A stretch of 59,467 bases of DNA from an uncultured Clostridia bacterium. GTDB taxonomy: Bacteria; Bacillota; Clostridia; Oscillospirales; CAG-272. The notes beneath the pieces were generated by a model. That model was given only the letters and a program-made list of their open reading frames with translations. It had not been told where the DNA came from and did not search any database. The stretch lies in the NCBI GenBank assembly GCA_947586625.1, contig CANPXS010000002.1:1-59467 (forward strand), in the 5' to 3' direction. This document shows, piece by piece, positions 40,703 through 50,131 of the stretch. Numbering within the stretch: the stretch's first letter is position 1; each line of letters begins with the position of its first letter. The position numbers and the translations under genes are program-made.

Positions 40703-41536
40703 TTACCTCAGATCCTTCCGCTTGAAAATGAACGCGCCTAAAACCGTGAACGCGGCAAATTCCGACAAAGCGCAGAGCGGCAGAAGCGTAAGATTCGGCT
40801 CCTCCCTTCCCGCAAGCTGATACATCTGCCCCGCAGGGTTTATATCGACGAGCGTCCGGTAGAGTATCCTTTCAGACTCGCTCGGATATCTCGGATTCGG
40901 CGCGTATACCCATTCGACCTTGCCGCTCTCAGAGTCTGTCACCGACCCGGTGAGTATCTCCTTATCCTGCCCCAGCACGTTAATGCACGTGAGCGCCGCC
41001 ATAATGAGCGCGAGCGCGCAGAGAAGCGATGCTACCGCCGCGACTGTTCTGCCCGATACCGTCATCGTGATAAACGTGAAAATGCCCGAATATGCGGCGG
41101 ACGATGCGAATATGCACCCGAGCAGCGCGAAAAGTCTCGGAAGAGGCATTATTATTCTGCCGAGCAGCGGTATCCCGACCGCAGCCGCGACAGTTATGAA
41201 TACAACGTATGCATAAAGGCCGACTGCTGTCGTCACTGTCAGGTTCGACACGTATATATCAAATCTTTTATGCCCCGCGGTTATTTTATTTCTGACCGTG
41301 CCGTCCGAGTATTCGGCGCCGAGATAGAGACTTGCAAACACAGCCGTTACTATGCCTATGACAGTCGAATAATTGAGCATGAGCTGTCCGACGTCGACAG
41401 TCTCGCCCGATAATTTCATGTCTTTATAGCATACAACGCACATAAAAAGCGCGAAGGCGGCGCTGAACGATGTCAGAAGCCAAAATATGCGCGTTTTCCC
41501 GAGCCGTGCGAATCCGGCGCGCAAAAGCTTACTCAT
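40703..41536 (-). CDS. ABC-2 type permease, paralogue 1
   Basis: 277 aa, 6 TM. GAEYSDGTVRNKITAGHKRFDIYVSNLTV block. Ends ...IFKRKDLR. Overlaps the ATPase gene by 8 nt. Confidence 0.75.
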   Translation of the reverse strand: MSKLLRAGFARLGKTRIFWLLTSFSAAFALFMCVVCYKDMKLSGETVDVGQLMLNYSTVIGIVTAVFASLYLGAEYSDGTVRNKITAGHKRFDIYVSNLTVTTAVGLYAYVVFITVAAAVGIPLLGRIIMPLPRLFALLGCIFASSAAYSGIFTFITMTVSGRTVAAVASLLCALALIMAALTCINVLGQDKEILTGSVTDSESGKVEWVYAPNPRYPSESERILYRTLVDINPAGQMYQLAGREEPNLTLLPLCALSEFAAFTVLGAFIFKRKDLR

Positions 41537-42443
41537 GCTTGCCGCCTCCGACGAGCGAGATATAGAAGCTCTCGAGGCTCTCGTCCCTCTCCGTCACGGT
41601 TAAAAGCTCGCATCCGGACTCCGACAATGCAGACGTTAGCTGCGACACGTTCACCTTCGCGTAAACGTCCGCCGTCGTGTCGGACAGTATCCTATACTCC
41701 GTACCCATCGCGTCGAGCGTGCGCGCGAGCGCCTTCGTGTCCGTGACCTCGACGCGCGCACATTTCCTGCACTCGGCATTGAGCTCCTCGGCGCTCATCT
41801 CGCGCACGATGCGCCCGTCGTCGATGAAGCCGTAGTGGGTGGCGAGCTTCGACAGCTCGTCGAGTATGTGGCTCGATATGAGCACCGTTATCATGCGCTC
41901 GCGGTTGAGGCGCAGTATGAGCTCGCGTATCTCGACGATGCCCTGCGGGTCGAGTCCGTTCGTCGGCTCGTCGAGAATGAGAAGATCGGGATCGCCGCAA
42001 AGCGCGACCGCGATGCCGAGACGCTGTCGCATACCTAGCGAGAAGTCGCGCGCCTTTTTCTTTCCCGTGTCCCCGAGTCCTACGAGGCGGAGTATCTCGT
42101 CGATGCCGTCGAACGACGGCAGACCGAGTATGCGGTACTGCTGGCGCAGATTGTCCTCCGCCGTCATGTCGCGGTATACGGACGGCGTCTCGACGACGGC
42201 GCCGACGCGGCGGCGCGACTTCACTATCGAGCGCTTCGTGCTTGACCGTCCGTAGAGCGTATAGTCCCCCGACGTCGGCGACTGGAGCCCGCACACGATG
42301 CGTATCAGCGTCGTCTTGCCCGCGCCGTTTCTGCCGACAAAGCCGTATATCGACCCCTTCGGGACATGCATCGTAAGCCCCGACAGCGCCGTCGACTGCT
42401 TGTACATCTTTGTCAGCTTGTTTGTTTCCAGAACGTATTCCAA
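41529..42443 (-). CDS. ABC transporter ATP-binding protein (LanF/BcrA-like)
   Basis: 304 aa. Walker A GRNGAGKTTL, signature FSLGMRQRL and Walker B LLILDEPTNGLD. Confidence 0.9.
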   Translation of the reverse strand: MEYVLETNKLTKMYKQSTALSGLTMHVPKGSIYGFVGRNGAGKTTLIRIVCGLQSPTSGDYTLYGRSSTKRSIVKSRRRVGAVVETPSVYRDMTAEDNLRQQYRILGLPSFDGIDEILRLVGLGDTGKKKARDFSLGMRQRLGIAVALCGDPDLLILDEPTNGLDPQGIVEIRELILRLNRERMITVLISSHILDELSKLATHYGFIDDGRIVREMSAEELNAECRKCARVEVTDTKALARTLDAMGTEYRILSDTTADVYAKVNVSQLTSALSESGCELLTVTERDESLESFYISLVGGGKHE

Positions 42444-42476
42444 ATCATTTTACCTTCCTTTCGGCTTGATGCGCAC

Positions 42477-42531
42477 ATTATATCGCGGAAAGGTTGAGAA
42501 TTCGGTTAAGACGAAGGTTGAGATTCGGTAA
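42477..42531 (-). promoter_or_regulatory. Promoter with tandem direct repeats (probable response-regulator box)
   Basis: Minus strand reads TTACCGAATCTCAACCTT-cgtc-TTAACCGAATTCTCAACCTT-tccgcga-TATAAT. The proximal repeat occupies the -35 position. It lies between the RR gene and the ABC operon. Confidence 0.6.
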
Positions 42532-42542
42532 AGATTATAAAA

Positions 42543-43205
42543 TCACACGTTCAGTCTGTATCCGATGCCCCACACGGACTCAACAAGGTCGCGCCCGCAT
42601 GCGGCGCGCAGCTTCGTGCGCAGGTGCGAGACGTGAGTCTTGAGCGAGCTTTCGGTGCAGTCGGGCGTGTCGTCCGATATGCGGTCGAGAAGCTGCTGCT
42701 TTGTTATGACCTGCCCCGCGTTCGCCATCAAAAGGCGCAGTATCGCGTATTCGGTGCGCGTCAGCCTGACAACCTCGCCGCCCGCCTCGACCGTGTGCGT
42801 GTCGCCGTCGAGCGTCAAGTCCCCGCAACGCAGCACGCGCGAATTATCGTGACCGCCGTCGCCGCGCAGGCGCACCGCTATGCGCGCGAGAAGCTCCTTT
42901 ATTTCAAACGGCTTCGTCACATAGTCGACGGCGCCGCCGTAGAGAAGCGACACCTTGCTGTCGACGTCGGCGCGCGCGCTCACGACGATCACCGGTATGC
43001 CGCGCGCGTGCGCGAGCAAGTCCTCGCCCGACAGTCCCGGCAGCATCAGGTCGAGCAGTACGAGGTCGGGCGTATGCGACAAAAGATACATCGCCGCCTC
43101 CGTCCCCGAATACGCGCGCGACACCGCGTACCCCTCGCGTCCGAGCGTCTCCTCGAGCATATTTCCGATATGAATGTCGTCGTCAACGACGAGTATGTTT
43201 TTCAT
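42543..43205 (-). CDS. OmpR-family response regulator
   Basis: 220 aa. Receiver domain (ILVVDDD...DLVLLDLMLPG) plus a winged-helix C-terminus (...VESVWGIGYRL). Confidence 0.92.
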   Translation of the reverse strand: MKNILVVDDDIHIGNMLEETLGREGYAVSRAYSGTEAAMYLLSHTPDLVLLDLMLPGLSGEDLLAHARGIPVIVVSARADVDSKVSLLYGGAVDYVTKPFEIKELLARIAVRLRGDGGHDNSRVLRCGDLTLDGDTHTVEAGGEVVRLTRTEYAILRLLMANAGQVITKQQLLDRISDDTPDCTESSLKTHVSHLRTKLRAACGRDLVESVWGIGYRLNV

Positions 43206-43390
43206 TTATCCGCGACCGCCTTTTCGTTTTTCGCTGCGTATATTATATAATAACGCGCCGCAGAACGTCAAGTCTGCTCCTATCCGCCGTATGCGCCGAA
43301 AAAGCTCGATGCAGCCGCATTTTCGATGTTGCATGACGGCGCGCGATATGGTAGAATAAAGCATAGGACAAACGAAAGGAGCTGTTTATT

Positions 43391-43951
43391 ATGGATATGA
43401 CCGAGCTGCGCGCGCTCTGCGAGACGTGCGGCAAATGCGAGCTTTCAAAGACGCGCACGAACTGCGTCTTCGGCGTCGGCAACGAGCATGCGGAGCTGAT
43501 GTTCGTCGGCGAGGCGCCCGGCGAGCAGGAGGATCTGTCCGGCATACCGTTCGTGGGGCGCGCGGGCAAGCTGCTCGACTCGTACTTCGACGCCGTCGGC
43601 ATCGACAGGAACACAGTCTACATCGCCAATATCCTCAAATGCCGTCCGCCCCATAACCGCGACCCGCTGCCCGCCGAACAGGACGCCTGCATCGAATACC
43701 TGCGCGAGCAGGTGCGCATAATACGTCCGCGCTTCATAGTCTGTCTCGGACGCATCGCGGCGATGAGACTCATCAAGCCCGATTTCAAAATAACGCAGGA
43801 GCACGGAAAATGGTTCCGCAAGGGAAACTTTGAAATGTCGGCGTTTTTCCATCCGTCGGCGCTTTTACGCGACCCGCGCAAAAAAGCCGACATGCTCACC
43901 GACATGCAGGTGCTCGCCGAAAAGCTGAACGGAAACGGAGAATCAACATGA
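43391..43951 (+). CDS. Uracil-DNA glycosylase, family 4
   Basis: 186 aa. CxxCxL...FGVGN...[12 protein letters not shown]...[10 protein letters not shown]...FFHPSALLR motifs. Confidence 0.9.
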   Translation: MDMTELRALCETCGKCELSKTRTNCVFGVGNEHAELMFVGEAPGEQEDLSGIPFVGRAGKLLDSYFDAVGIDRNTVYIANILKCRPPHNRDPLPAEQDACIEYLREQVRIIRPRFIVCLGRIAAMRLIKPDFKITQEHGKWFRKGNFEMSAFFHPSALLRDPRKKADMLTDMQVLAEKLNGNGEST

Positions 43952-44085
43952 TCTCTGAAATAATCATCTGCTGTCGGTTCATGAGCACTGCAGCATCAAC
44001 GTATAAATGAAAAGAATAAATGTTTATATGGTGAAAATTGCAGTTTAAGAATATTAGTAATACGCAAAATAAGGTGGTTAACAGT

Positions 44086-45122
44086 ATGAATATTCATAAA
44101 AACTATGATATTTTTGATTTGATCAAATTCATATTATCTATATTTATAGTCTCCCTTCATTCGGGGATAGTGCCGGATATTCTTATTCCGGTCGTGCGCA
44201 CGGCAGTACCGCTGTTCTTCATAATTTCATCATATCTTCTTTTCAGTAAAAAAGAAAATATGACTGAAATGAAGCGGGGGGGGTTACATTACATAGATTT
44301 ATCATCAGAAATCTGAAGCTGTATTTTTTCTGGACAGTTGTTTTACTTCCGTTTACAGTTGCTTTCGATATATACACTGATTTGACATCGGAGATAAAAT
44401 ATTCAGTTGTTGAAATAATAATCAATGGCGTACAGCGACTTCTGTTCACTGCATTCCCGGCTTCGTGGTATATAATCGCCTCGGTGATAGCGGCAATAGT
44501 CCTTTATTGGATTCCCAAGAAGCATAACAATCTTATTCTAATATTTTCCTTTGCATTATATCTTATATGCTGTGTCAGCAGCAATTACTATTATTTATTT
44601 GGAGCAGACAGCGCAGTCATTAAATTTGATTCGATATTTACACTTGTTTTTTACCTGCCGCCATATATCAGCTTTCTTGTTGCATTTATTTGGATGGGTA
44701 TCGGTAAAGTGTGCGCGGAAAGTGAGTTGGCTATTACTCCTGCTGTAAGGCGAGTAGGGATAGTGGTATCAGCAACAATGCTGTACTTGGAACATTTTGT
44801 AACCAGAATCTTTTCTCTATTCAGGGAAAACGATTGTTATATCATGCTTGTTCCACTGTGCTTCTTTATATTCTTAGAGTTAAAGTCGGCTGATAATTTT
44901 AAGATAAGAAATGCAATCATTCTCAGAAACATGAGTACCATAATCTATTGCTTACATAAAACCGTAATAGCAATTTGCAGCGGCATTTTAAAATATATTA
45001 TTCATTTCAGAAGCGCGGTCATTGTTTTTGCATTGACGATTTTAGTCTGTTTGGTCGGCTGCTGTGTGATATTTAAATTGGAACAGAAAAAGTGGTTTGC
45101 CTGGTTAAAATATTCGCATTGA
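44086..45122 (+). pseudogene. Acyltransferase family 3 (O-acyltransferase) gene interrupted by a frameshift at a G8 homopolymer
   Basis: AAGGTGG RBS, ATG 44086. The N-part reads ...FDLIKFILSIFIVSLHS...PLFFIISSYLLFSK. At G8 (44276-44283) the frame shifts. The other frame continues VTLHRFIIRNLKLYFFWTVVLLPF... to 45122. G9 or G6 would restore one ORF. AT-rich islet in a GC-rich context. Confidence 0.75.
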
Positions 45123-45191
45123 ACTGACAATATCAATCAAAAGAAAGGAAAAGTGGTGTATTTCGGTTAAATACATCATACAAGGATCAAC

Positions 45192-46565
45192 ATGAACATA
45201 CTTAAAGTATACGAAAGAGAGCATGAAAAAAGGTACTACGTGCAGTCCCTGTCCGAGAGCGTGCATTTCGCGCTGTCGCGTGACGGCGGCGAATTCGCGC
45301 CGCTCAACTCGAACGTCGGCGTGCTTTACGCAAAAGCGGAGATATCGGAGCGCAACACGCTGCTCGAGCGCAGACTGCGCGAGCCGCGCATTTATAGGCA
45401 CGGCGGCGGTTACCGCGTCGCGGCTCGCTATGTGGACTGTGACGGCGCGGAGCCGTACCCGAACATGATGTACGTGTGGGAAACGGCGGATTTCCGCATT
45501 TTCGACGACTTGGGGCTCGTCCCGCGCGCAGACGTGCCGGAATCGTCGGACACCATTGAAATATCGGACGCGGAGGCGGACATGATAGCGTGCGCTCTTC
45601 CGACCGTGACGTCGGATAAGCCCGCGACATTCCCCCTCATCGAAGGCTTCGCCGACCCCGTTATCATGGCGAGGGACGGCCGCTACTACTTTATCGCGAC
45701 GAACGATTCGACCGGCGACGTCGGACTGTACGCGTCAGCGTCCGACACTGTCGAGGGACTGTTCGCCGCCGACAATAAACCCGTCTGCATACTGCCCGAG
45801 AGCGACGAATGGGACCTGCACAGCACGTTCTGGGCGCCCGAGTTCCACGAGATAGGCGGTGAGCTATATATACTGTTTGCCGTCGGCGGCAGACAGTTCT
45901 CGCCGCAGTCGCACATGATGAGATATCTCGGCGGCGACCTGCTCGACCCCGCGTCGTGGGAGCGTCCCGTCCGCGTGCAGAGGCGGAACGGCGAACCGCT
46001 CACGACTCGCGGCATCACGCTCGACATGACGCATTTCGCGCTCGGCGGACGCTCGTACCTCGTGTGGTCGGAGCGCTATCACATCGGCTCGCCCGACGAT
46101 TCGGGCTCGATGCTGTACATAGCCGAAACGGACGCGAAGCGTCCGTGGAGACTTTTGACAGAGCCGCTGCTTCTGTCGCGTCCGCTTTACGCGTGGGAGA
46201 ATCAGTCGGGGACGATAAACAACGAGGGTCCGTATCCGCTGTTTTGCGGCGGCAAGCTGTATCTCTCGTATTCGGGCGGCGCTGCGGGCGGATTTTCGTA
46301 TTCGACCGGCTGGCTCGTGCTCGACTGTGACGATGACCCGCTCGAGGTCGAAAACTGGTACAAGGTGCCGTACCCGGTGCTCGCGTCGCAGTACGTGAAC
46401 GGCGTCGACGGTCCCGGTCACATATCGTTCTTCCGCACGTATGAGTGCGACGTCATGATGGCGTATCACGCGCAGCGTCCCGGTCAGGACGGCAGGCGGT
46501 GCTCAGCAGTTTCGCCCGTACACATCGGCGAGGACGGCGTGCCGCGTCTATACCCGCTTTCGTGA
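45192..46565 (+). CDS. Glycoside hydrolase family 43 protein with N-terminal extra domain
   Basis: 457 aa. GFADPVIMARDGRYYFIATND, FWAPEFHEIGGELYILF and NNEGPYPLF blocks match the GH43 five-bladed propeller catalytic pattern. Confidence 0.75.
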   Translation: MNILKVYEREHEKRYYVQSLSESVHFALSRDGGEFAPLNSNVGVLYAKAEISERNTLLERRLREPRIYRHGGGYRVAARYVDCDGAEPYPNMMYVWETADFRIFDDLGLVPRADVPESSDTIEISDAEADMIACALPTVTSDKPATFPLIEGFADPVIMARDGRYYFIATNDSTGDVGLYASASDTVEGLFAADNKPVCILPESDEWDLHSTFWAPEFHEIGGELYILFAVGGRQFSPQSHMMRYLGGDLLDPASWERPVRVQRRNGEPLTTRGITLDMTHFALGGRSYLVWSERYHIGSPDDSGSMLYIAETDAKRPWRLLTEPLLLSRPLYAWENQSGTINNEGPYPLFCGGKLYLSYSGGAAGGFSYSTGWLVLDCDDDPLEVENWYKVPYPVLASQYVNGVDGPGHISFFRTYECDVMMAYHAQRPGQDGRRCSAVSPVHIGEDGVPRLYPLS

Positions 46566-46615
46566 CGTGCGCGTCCGTTTTCACTGATTCCGCGTGAAAA
46601 ATCCACATTCATCTC

Positions 46616-46644
46616 TTGACGTTCGCGCGATTGTATGCTATAAT
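46616..46644 (+). promoter_or_regulatory. Sigma-A promoter of the DUF1836-like gene
   Basis: TTGACG, 17-nt spacer, TATAAT. Confidence 0.55.
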
Positions 46645-46687
46645 AAACACATAAGAATATCATATCCGAACGGCGGAGGTGAAATTT

Positions 46688-47272
46688 ATGTATTTGGCTA
46701 TCAATGACGACAAGATCCCCGGCACGGTCGTATACAAGCGCGACATGGACGGCTCGACAGGACTCGACTTTCTCAAGAAGATATTTTTCTTAAAGGACGG
46801 CATACTGTTGACGCAGGTGCGCAACGTCTCGGGAGTCGACGGCTCGACGCTGCAAAACTGGGTCAAGCGCGGCTGGATATCGAACACGAAGAATAAGCTT
46901 TATTCGATTGACGGCTTCGCCCGCATCATCATAATCAACATGCTGCGCGACACGATGCAGCTCTCGAAGATATCGTTTCTGCTCTCCTACATCAACGGCA
47001 GTCCCGACGACCGCTCCGACGACATAATTCCCGAGTCGAAGCTCTACGACTACATCTGCCGCATCACGGACTCGATTCTCGGCGACGATTCTTACGACGA
47101 CGTAAGACTGCGCGAGCACATCATGTCCTGCATCGAGGAGGACGAGCTCAACCCGCTCATCCCGGACGCGAAGTCGCGTCTTGCAAAGGCGCTCGAGATA
47201 ATCGTCACCGCGCGCTACGCGGCGATAGTGAAGGAGCATTCGGACGAGCTCTTCGACAATCTGACAAAATAA
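46688..47272 (+). CDS. DUF1836-like HTH protein
   Basis: GGAGG 8 nt before ATG 46688. 194 aa. ...LLTQVRNVSGVDGSTLQNWVKRGWISNTKNKLYS...IIIINMLRDTMQLSKISFLL fits my recollection of the DUF1836 pattern. Unverified. Confidence 0.55.
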   Translation: MYLAINDDKIPGTVVYKRDMDGSTGLDFLKKIFFLKDGILLTQVRNVSGVDGSTLQNWVKRGWISNTKNKLYSIDGFARIIIINMLRDTMQLSKISFLLSYINGSPDDRSDDIIPESKLYDYICRITDSILGDDSYDDVRLREHIMSCIEEDELNPLIPDAKSRLAKALEIIVTARYAAIVKEHSDELFDNLTK

Positions 47273-47283
47273 AATATCAAGGA

Positions 47284-47312
47284 AAAGGGGGACGCTCTGC
47301 GTCCCCCTTTTC
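47284..47312 (+). terminator. Intrinsic terminator
   Basis: aaaagggggacgc-tct-gcgtccccctttt, followed by cttttg. Confidence 0.75.
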
Positions 47313-47340
47313 TTTTGCCGTTTGCGCGGCGATTTACCGC

Positions 47341-47387
47341 TTGACAATATCCGACAGCGGTGTATAATTATTTGTTGACATATCAAC
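47341..47387 (+). promoter_or_regulatory. marR promoter with palindromic operator
   Basis: TTGACA (47341-47346), 16-nt spacer, TATAAT (47363-47368). This is followed by the palindrome GTTGACATATCAAC (47374-47387) and a further GTTGAT half-site. Confidence 0.6.
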
Positions 47388-47422
47388 GTGTTGATCCATC
47401 TACCAAAACGGAGGCATGTGTT

Positions 47423-47875
47423 ATGAACGCACGGTTTGAGAATTTCACGACCTCGATACTGAAAATATACAAGCTGATACAGAAGATCAAGCTGCGCGAG
47501 ATGGAGAGCTTCGGTCTGCGCGCGATCCACGTCATGTGCGTCTCTTATCTCGAGGAAAACAGAGACGGACTCACCGCGGGCGAGCTCGTCAGGCTGACGC
47601 TCGAGGACAAAGCGGCGATATCGCGCGCGCTCGGCACGCTGCGCGACGACGGTTACATCGAATACATCACGCGCTCGTACAATTCAAAAGCGCGCCTCAC
47701 CGATAAGGGCGTCGACCTCGCACGCCTCATAGACGAGAGGATGAGCCTCGCCGTGAACGACGTGGGCGAAGGATTTTTGCCCGACGAAACAAACACCATG
47801 TACCGACTGCTCGACACGATAACGGAGCGGCTCGAATCGTACTACGACAGACTGCAAGATGAACGCAATTTATGA
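47423..47875 (+). CDS. MarR family transcriptional regulator
   Basis: GGAGG RBS, ATG 47423. 150 aa. wHTH ...LTAGELVRLTLEDKAAISRALGTLRDDGYIEY... Confidence 0.85.
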   Translation: MNARFENFTTSILKIYKLIQKIKLREMESFGLRAIHVMCVSYLEENRDGLTAGELVRLTLEDKAAISRALGTLRDDGYIEYITRSYNSKARLTDKGVDLARLIDERMSLAVNDVGEGFLPDETNTMYRLLDTITERLESYYDRLQDERNL

Positions 47876-48259
47876 CGTCAGATCGGGCAGCGGGGCGCGG
47901 TACTCGTAGAATATCTCAACATCGTCATCCCTGCGCGGCATGACGACGGTGAATGATATTTTGACGACCTCGTCCGCAACATCCACATGCAGATCGCACA
48001 CGTACAGCGGCGGCGAAATATCGTCAAAGCTGCCGTCGTCAAAGGCACTGTCATAATTACCGGATCGAAGCTCGGCGAGTATCGCCGCGGCGACGTCGTC
48101 GGCGTACGCGTCGGAGGCTGTTTTTATCGACGCGTACATAATTACGCGAGCAGCTGACGCAGTCCCCGTGACGCAAACGACGAGCGCGAGCGTCAGCGCC
48201 GCCATCGACTGAATTAGTTCGACGAGCGCGTACCCGCCGTGTTTGTCATTCGCCCGCAT
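47870..48259 (-). CDS. Minor pilin-like protein (prepilin-type N-terminus)
   Basis: 129 aa from ATG 48259. MRANDKHGG/YALVELIQSMAALTLALVV has Gly before the predicted cleavage site, Glu at +5 and a hydrophobic helix. Confidence 0.6.
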   Translation of the reverse strand: MRANDKHGGYALVELIQSMAALTLALVVCVTGTASAARVIMYASIKTASDAYADDVAAAILAELRSGNYDSAFDDGSFDDISPPLYVCDLHVDVADEVVKISFTVVMPRRDDDVEIFYEYRAPLPDLTS

Positions 48260-48515
48260 AGCGGTAAAGACCGTCCTTATATTCGGCGTAGATTTCGAAA
48301 GCAAAGCCGTCGGCTTTTTTGTCGTTGACCCGGACAATGACGACGCCGCGCCTTTCGTCCGCGTCGTCAAGATCACATCGCGCAGCCTCCTCGACGCGCG
48401 CAAGCGCCGAGATCGAGCGCGATATCATTATGAGCGCCGCCGCTGAAAGCAGGATCGAGTAAAGCAGCTCGCAAATTATACTGCCGCGGCGGGCGGATAT
48501 TATTTTGCGCTTCAT
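48246..48515 (-). CDS. Minor pilin-like protein (prepilin-type N-terminus)
   Basis: 89 aa from ATG 48515 (GAGGTG RBS). MKRKIISARRG/SIICELLYSILLSAAALIMI with Glu at +5. Confidence 0.55.
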   Translation of the reverse strand: MKRKIISARRGSIICELLYSILLSAAALIMISRSISALARVEEAARCDLDDADERRGVVIVRVNDKKADGFAFEIYAEYKDGLYRYAGE

Positions 48516-48964
48516 TTTTCGCACCTCACGATTTTGGAATCCTCGCGCCGCCACACGACGCCGCCCTCAGTCTCGGTCGCGGGAAGGTCGACGCGGAACG
48601 CGAACATTTTACATTCTACGACGGCGTGTACTGTGTGATCGTCGTCGAACGATACAGTGCATATCGACGGCGGCAGACGGCTGTCTTCGTCAGTGTAAAA
48701 CGTCAGATTGAGCGCGCCTTCCTCGAGATCCGACATCTGCGCGAACAGAAAGCGCAGAGTGCTGCCGCCGTCTTCGTCCGTGGCGCTGTCGCGTATCATC
48801 ATGGCTGATGATACGGCGGATCTGTATGCGAGTTCATATTCAACATAGCGCGTAGATCGCCTTGCAATCGTGCAGAGCATGCACGAAGCGAGCGAGCACA
48901 GAAGAAACAGCGTCATGGCCGCGCCGAGCGCGCCTCCGCGAGAGCCTCGCCGCGTAAAAGTCAT
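48512..48964 (-). CDS. Pilin-like / pilus-associated membrane-anchored protein
   Basis: 150 aa from ATG 48964 (GGGAGG RBS, ATGA overlap with the peptidase stop). MTFTRRGSRGG/ALGAAMTLFLLCSLA hydrophobic N-terminus without Glu at +5. Confidence 0.5.
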   Translation of the reverse strand: MTFTRRGSRGGALGAAMTLFLLCSLASCMLCTIARRSTRYVEYELAYRSAVSSAMMIRDSATDEDGGSTLRFLFAQMSDLEEGALNLTFYTDEDSRLPPSICTVSFDDDHTVHAVVECKMFAFRVDLPATETEGGVVWRREDSKIVRCEK

Positions 48965-49566
48965 GATGCGCCTCCCGTCACAATGAGGGCGAATAATGCC
49001 GTCGATATCGACGGCGCGAACGGAAACGCGGAGCGGCTGCCGACGCCGCGCGCCGCGCAAAAGACGAGCCCGAACACACACGACAGCGCGACCGCCTTGA
49101 ACGCCGCGCAAACGCCGAACCACATGCCGATAACGGCGAAAAGCTCAATGTCGCCGCCTCCGAGCGCGTCGGTCTTGTATACGGCTCGCGCAACGCGCGC
49201 AAGCGCATACATCGACGCGGCGACGACGGCGGCGCAGATAACGCCGTACAGCGCGCGCTCACATAATTCGGCAAGATTGGTCGAGAAAAACGACGCGCGG
49301 ATAAAAAAGAGCGCAAATGCCGACGCGGGTATGACGGTCGGTATCAGCATCGTGAGCGTGTCATACATGGCGGCCGCGGTAAACAGCGTCAGGAGCACGC
49401 AGAAGAACACTGTCGCGACGGCTGCCCCGTACCTCAGAGACACGGCGGCAAATTCAACGATGCACACAGCGCGCACATCTCGTGCGCCCGGTATCAGCGC
49501 GTCAAGCAGAGTTCCCGCCGCCGCCCCCGCTATGGCAAACAACAGCAGTGCTGCAAGGCGCGGCAT
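48961..49566 (-). CDS. Prepilin peptidase (A24 family)
   Basis: About 201 aa polytopic protein. Catalytic-Asp context LGGGDIELFAVIGMWFG. Start ATG 49566 or GTG 49575. Confidence 0.8.
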   Translation of the reverse strand: MPRLAALLLFAIAGAAAGTLLDALIPGARDVRAVCIVEFAAVSLRYGAAVATVFFCVLLTLFTAAAMYDTLTMLIPTVIPASAFALFFIRASFFSTNLAELCERALYGVICAAVVAASMYALARVARAVYKTDALGGGDIELFAVIGMWFGVCAAFKAVALSCVFGLVFCAARGVGSRSAFPFAPSISTALFALIVTGGAS

Positions 49567-49567
49567 T

Positions 49568-50050
49568 TTATTCACCGTTGAGGACAGACAGCCATGAGTT
49601 TTCCTCGATTCTTCCGCCCTCGAGGGTCACCGTCAGCGATGTGCCGCGCAGCTTTTCGGAGACTGACTCGATCTCGACGCCGTCGGCGTTCGAGCCGTCG
49701 TCGATGACGACGCCCTCTTCGTCTGTATGGGACAAGATGAACAGCGCGCCCTTGCCGTCGACACCGAACGTGTAGGTTATTCGTCCCTTTGCATGGCAGA
49801 GCATATACTCCGTGTACGCGAGCGAGGACGACGCGTGCGCGTTCGACATATCGACGGCTTCGCGAGCGCGTTCAAGCTGATGCGCGAACACGGGCATCGC
49901 TATCGATGTCAGTATCGCCGTGATGGTGAGCACGACGAGCAGCTCGACGAGGGTAAAACCTCCTGAGCCTTTTTTATTTTCCGTGTTATTTATCATTGCC
50001 GCAGAGGCATGATGCGCGTCCGCGGCAGGATCATGTTTCGCTATTTTCAT
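49568..50050 (-). CDS. Major type IV pilin / ComGC-like pseudopilin
   Basis: 160 aa. Canonical prepilin signal ...KKGSGG/FTLVELLVVLTITAILTSIAMPVF. Confidence 0.85.
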   Translation of the reverse strand: MKIAKHDPAADAHHASAAMINNTENKKGSGGFTLVELLVVLTITAILTSIAMPVFAHQLERAREAVDMSNAHASSSLAYTEYMLCHAKGRITYTFGVDGKGALFILSHTDEEGVVIDDGSNADGVEIESVSEKLRGTSLTVTLEGGRIEENSWLSVLNGE

Positions 50051-50131
50051 ATTTATTCCCTGTATTTTCCGTTTCAGGCGTACGCGTCATAAAATGATGC
50101 ATAAGCCGTTATTTTGTTGTGCTCCGTCTGA

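Noticed and set aside
44038-44085. 16-codon extension at the start of the acyltransferase ORF
   Set aside because: AAGGTGG lies directly upstream of ATG 44086. The first ATG at 44038 has no RBS.
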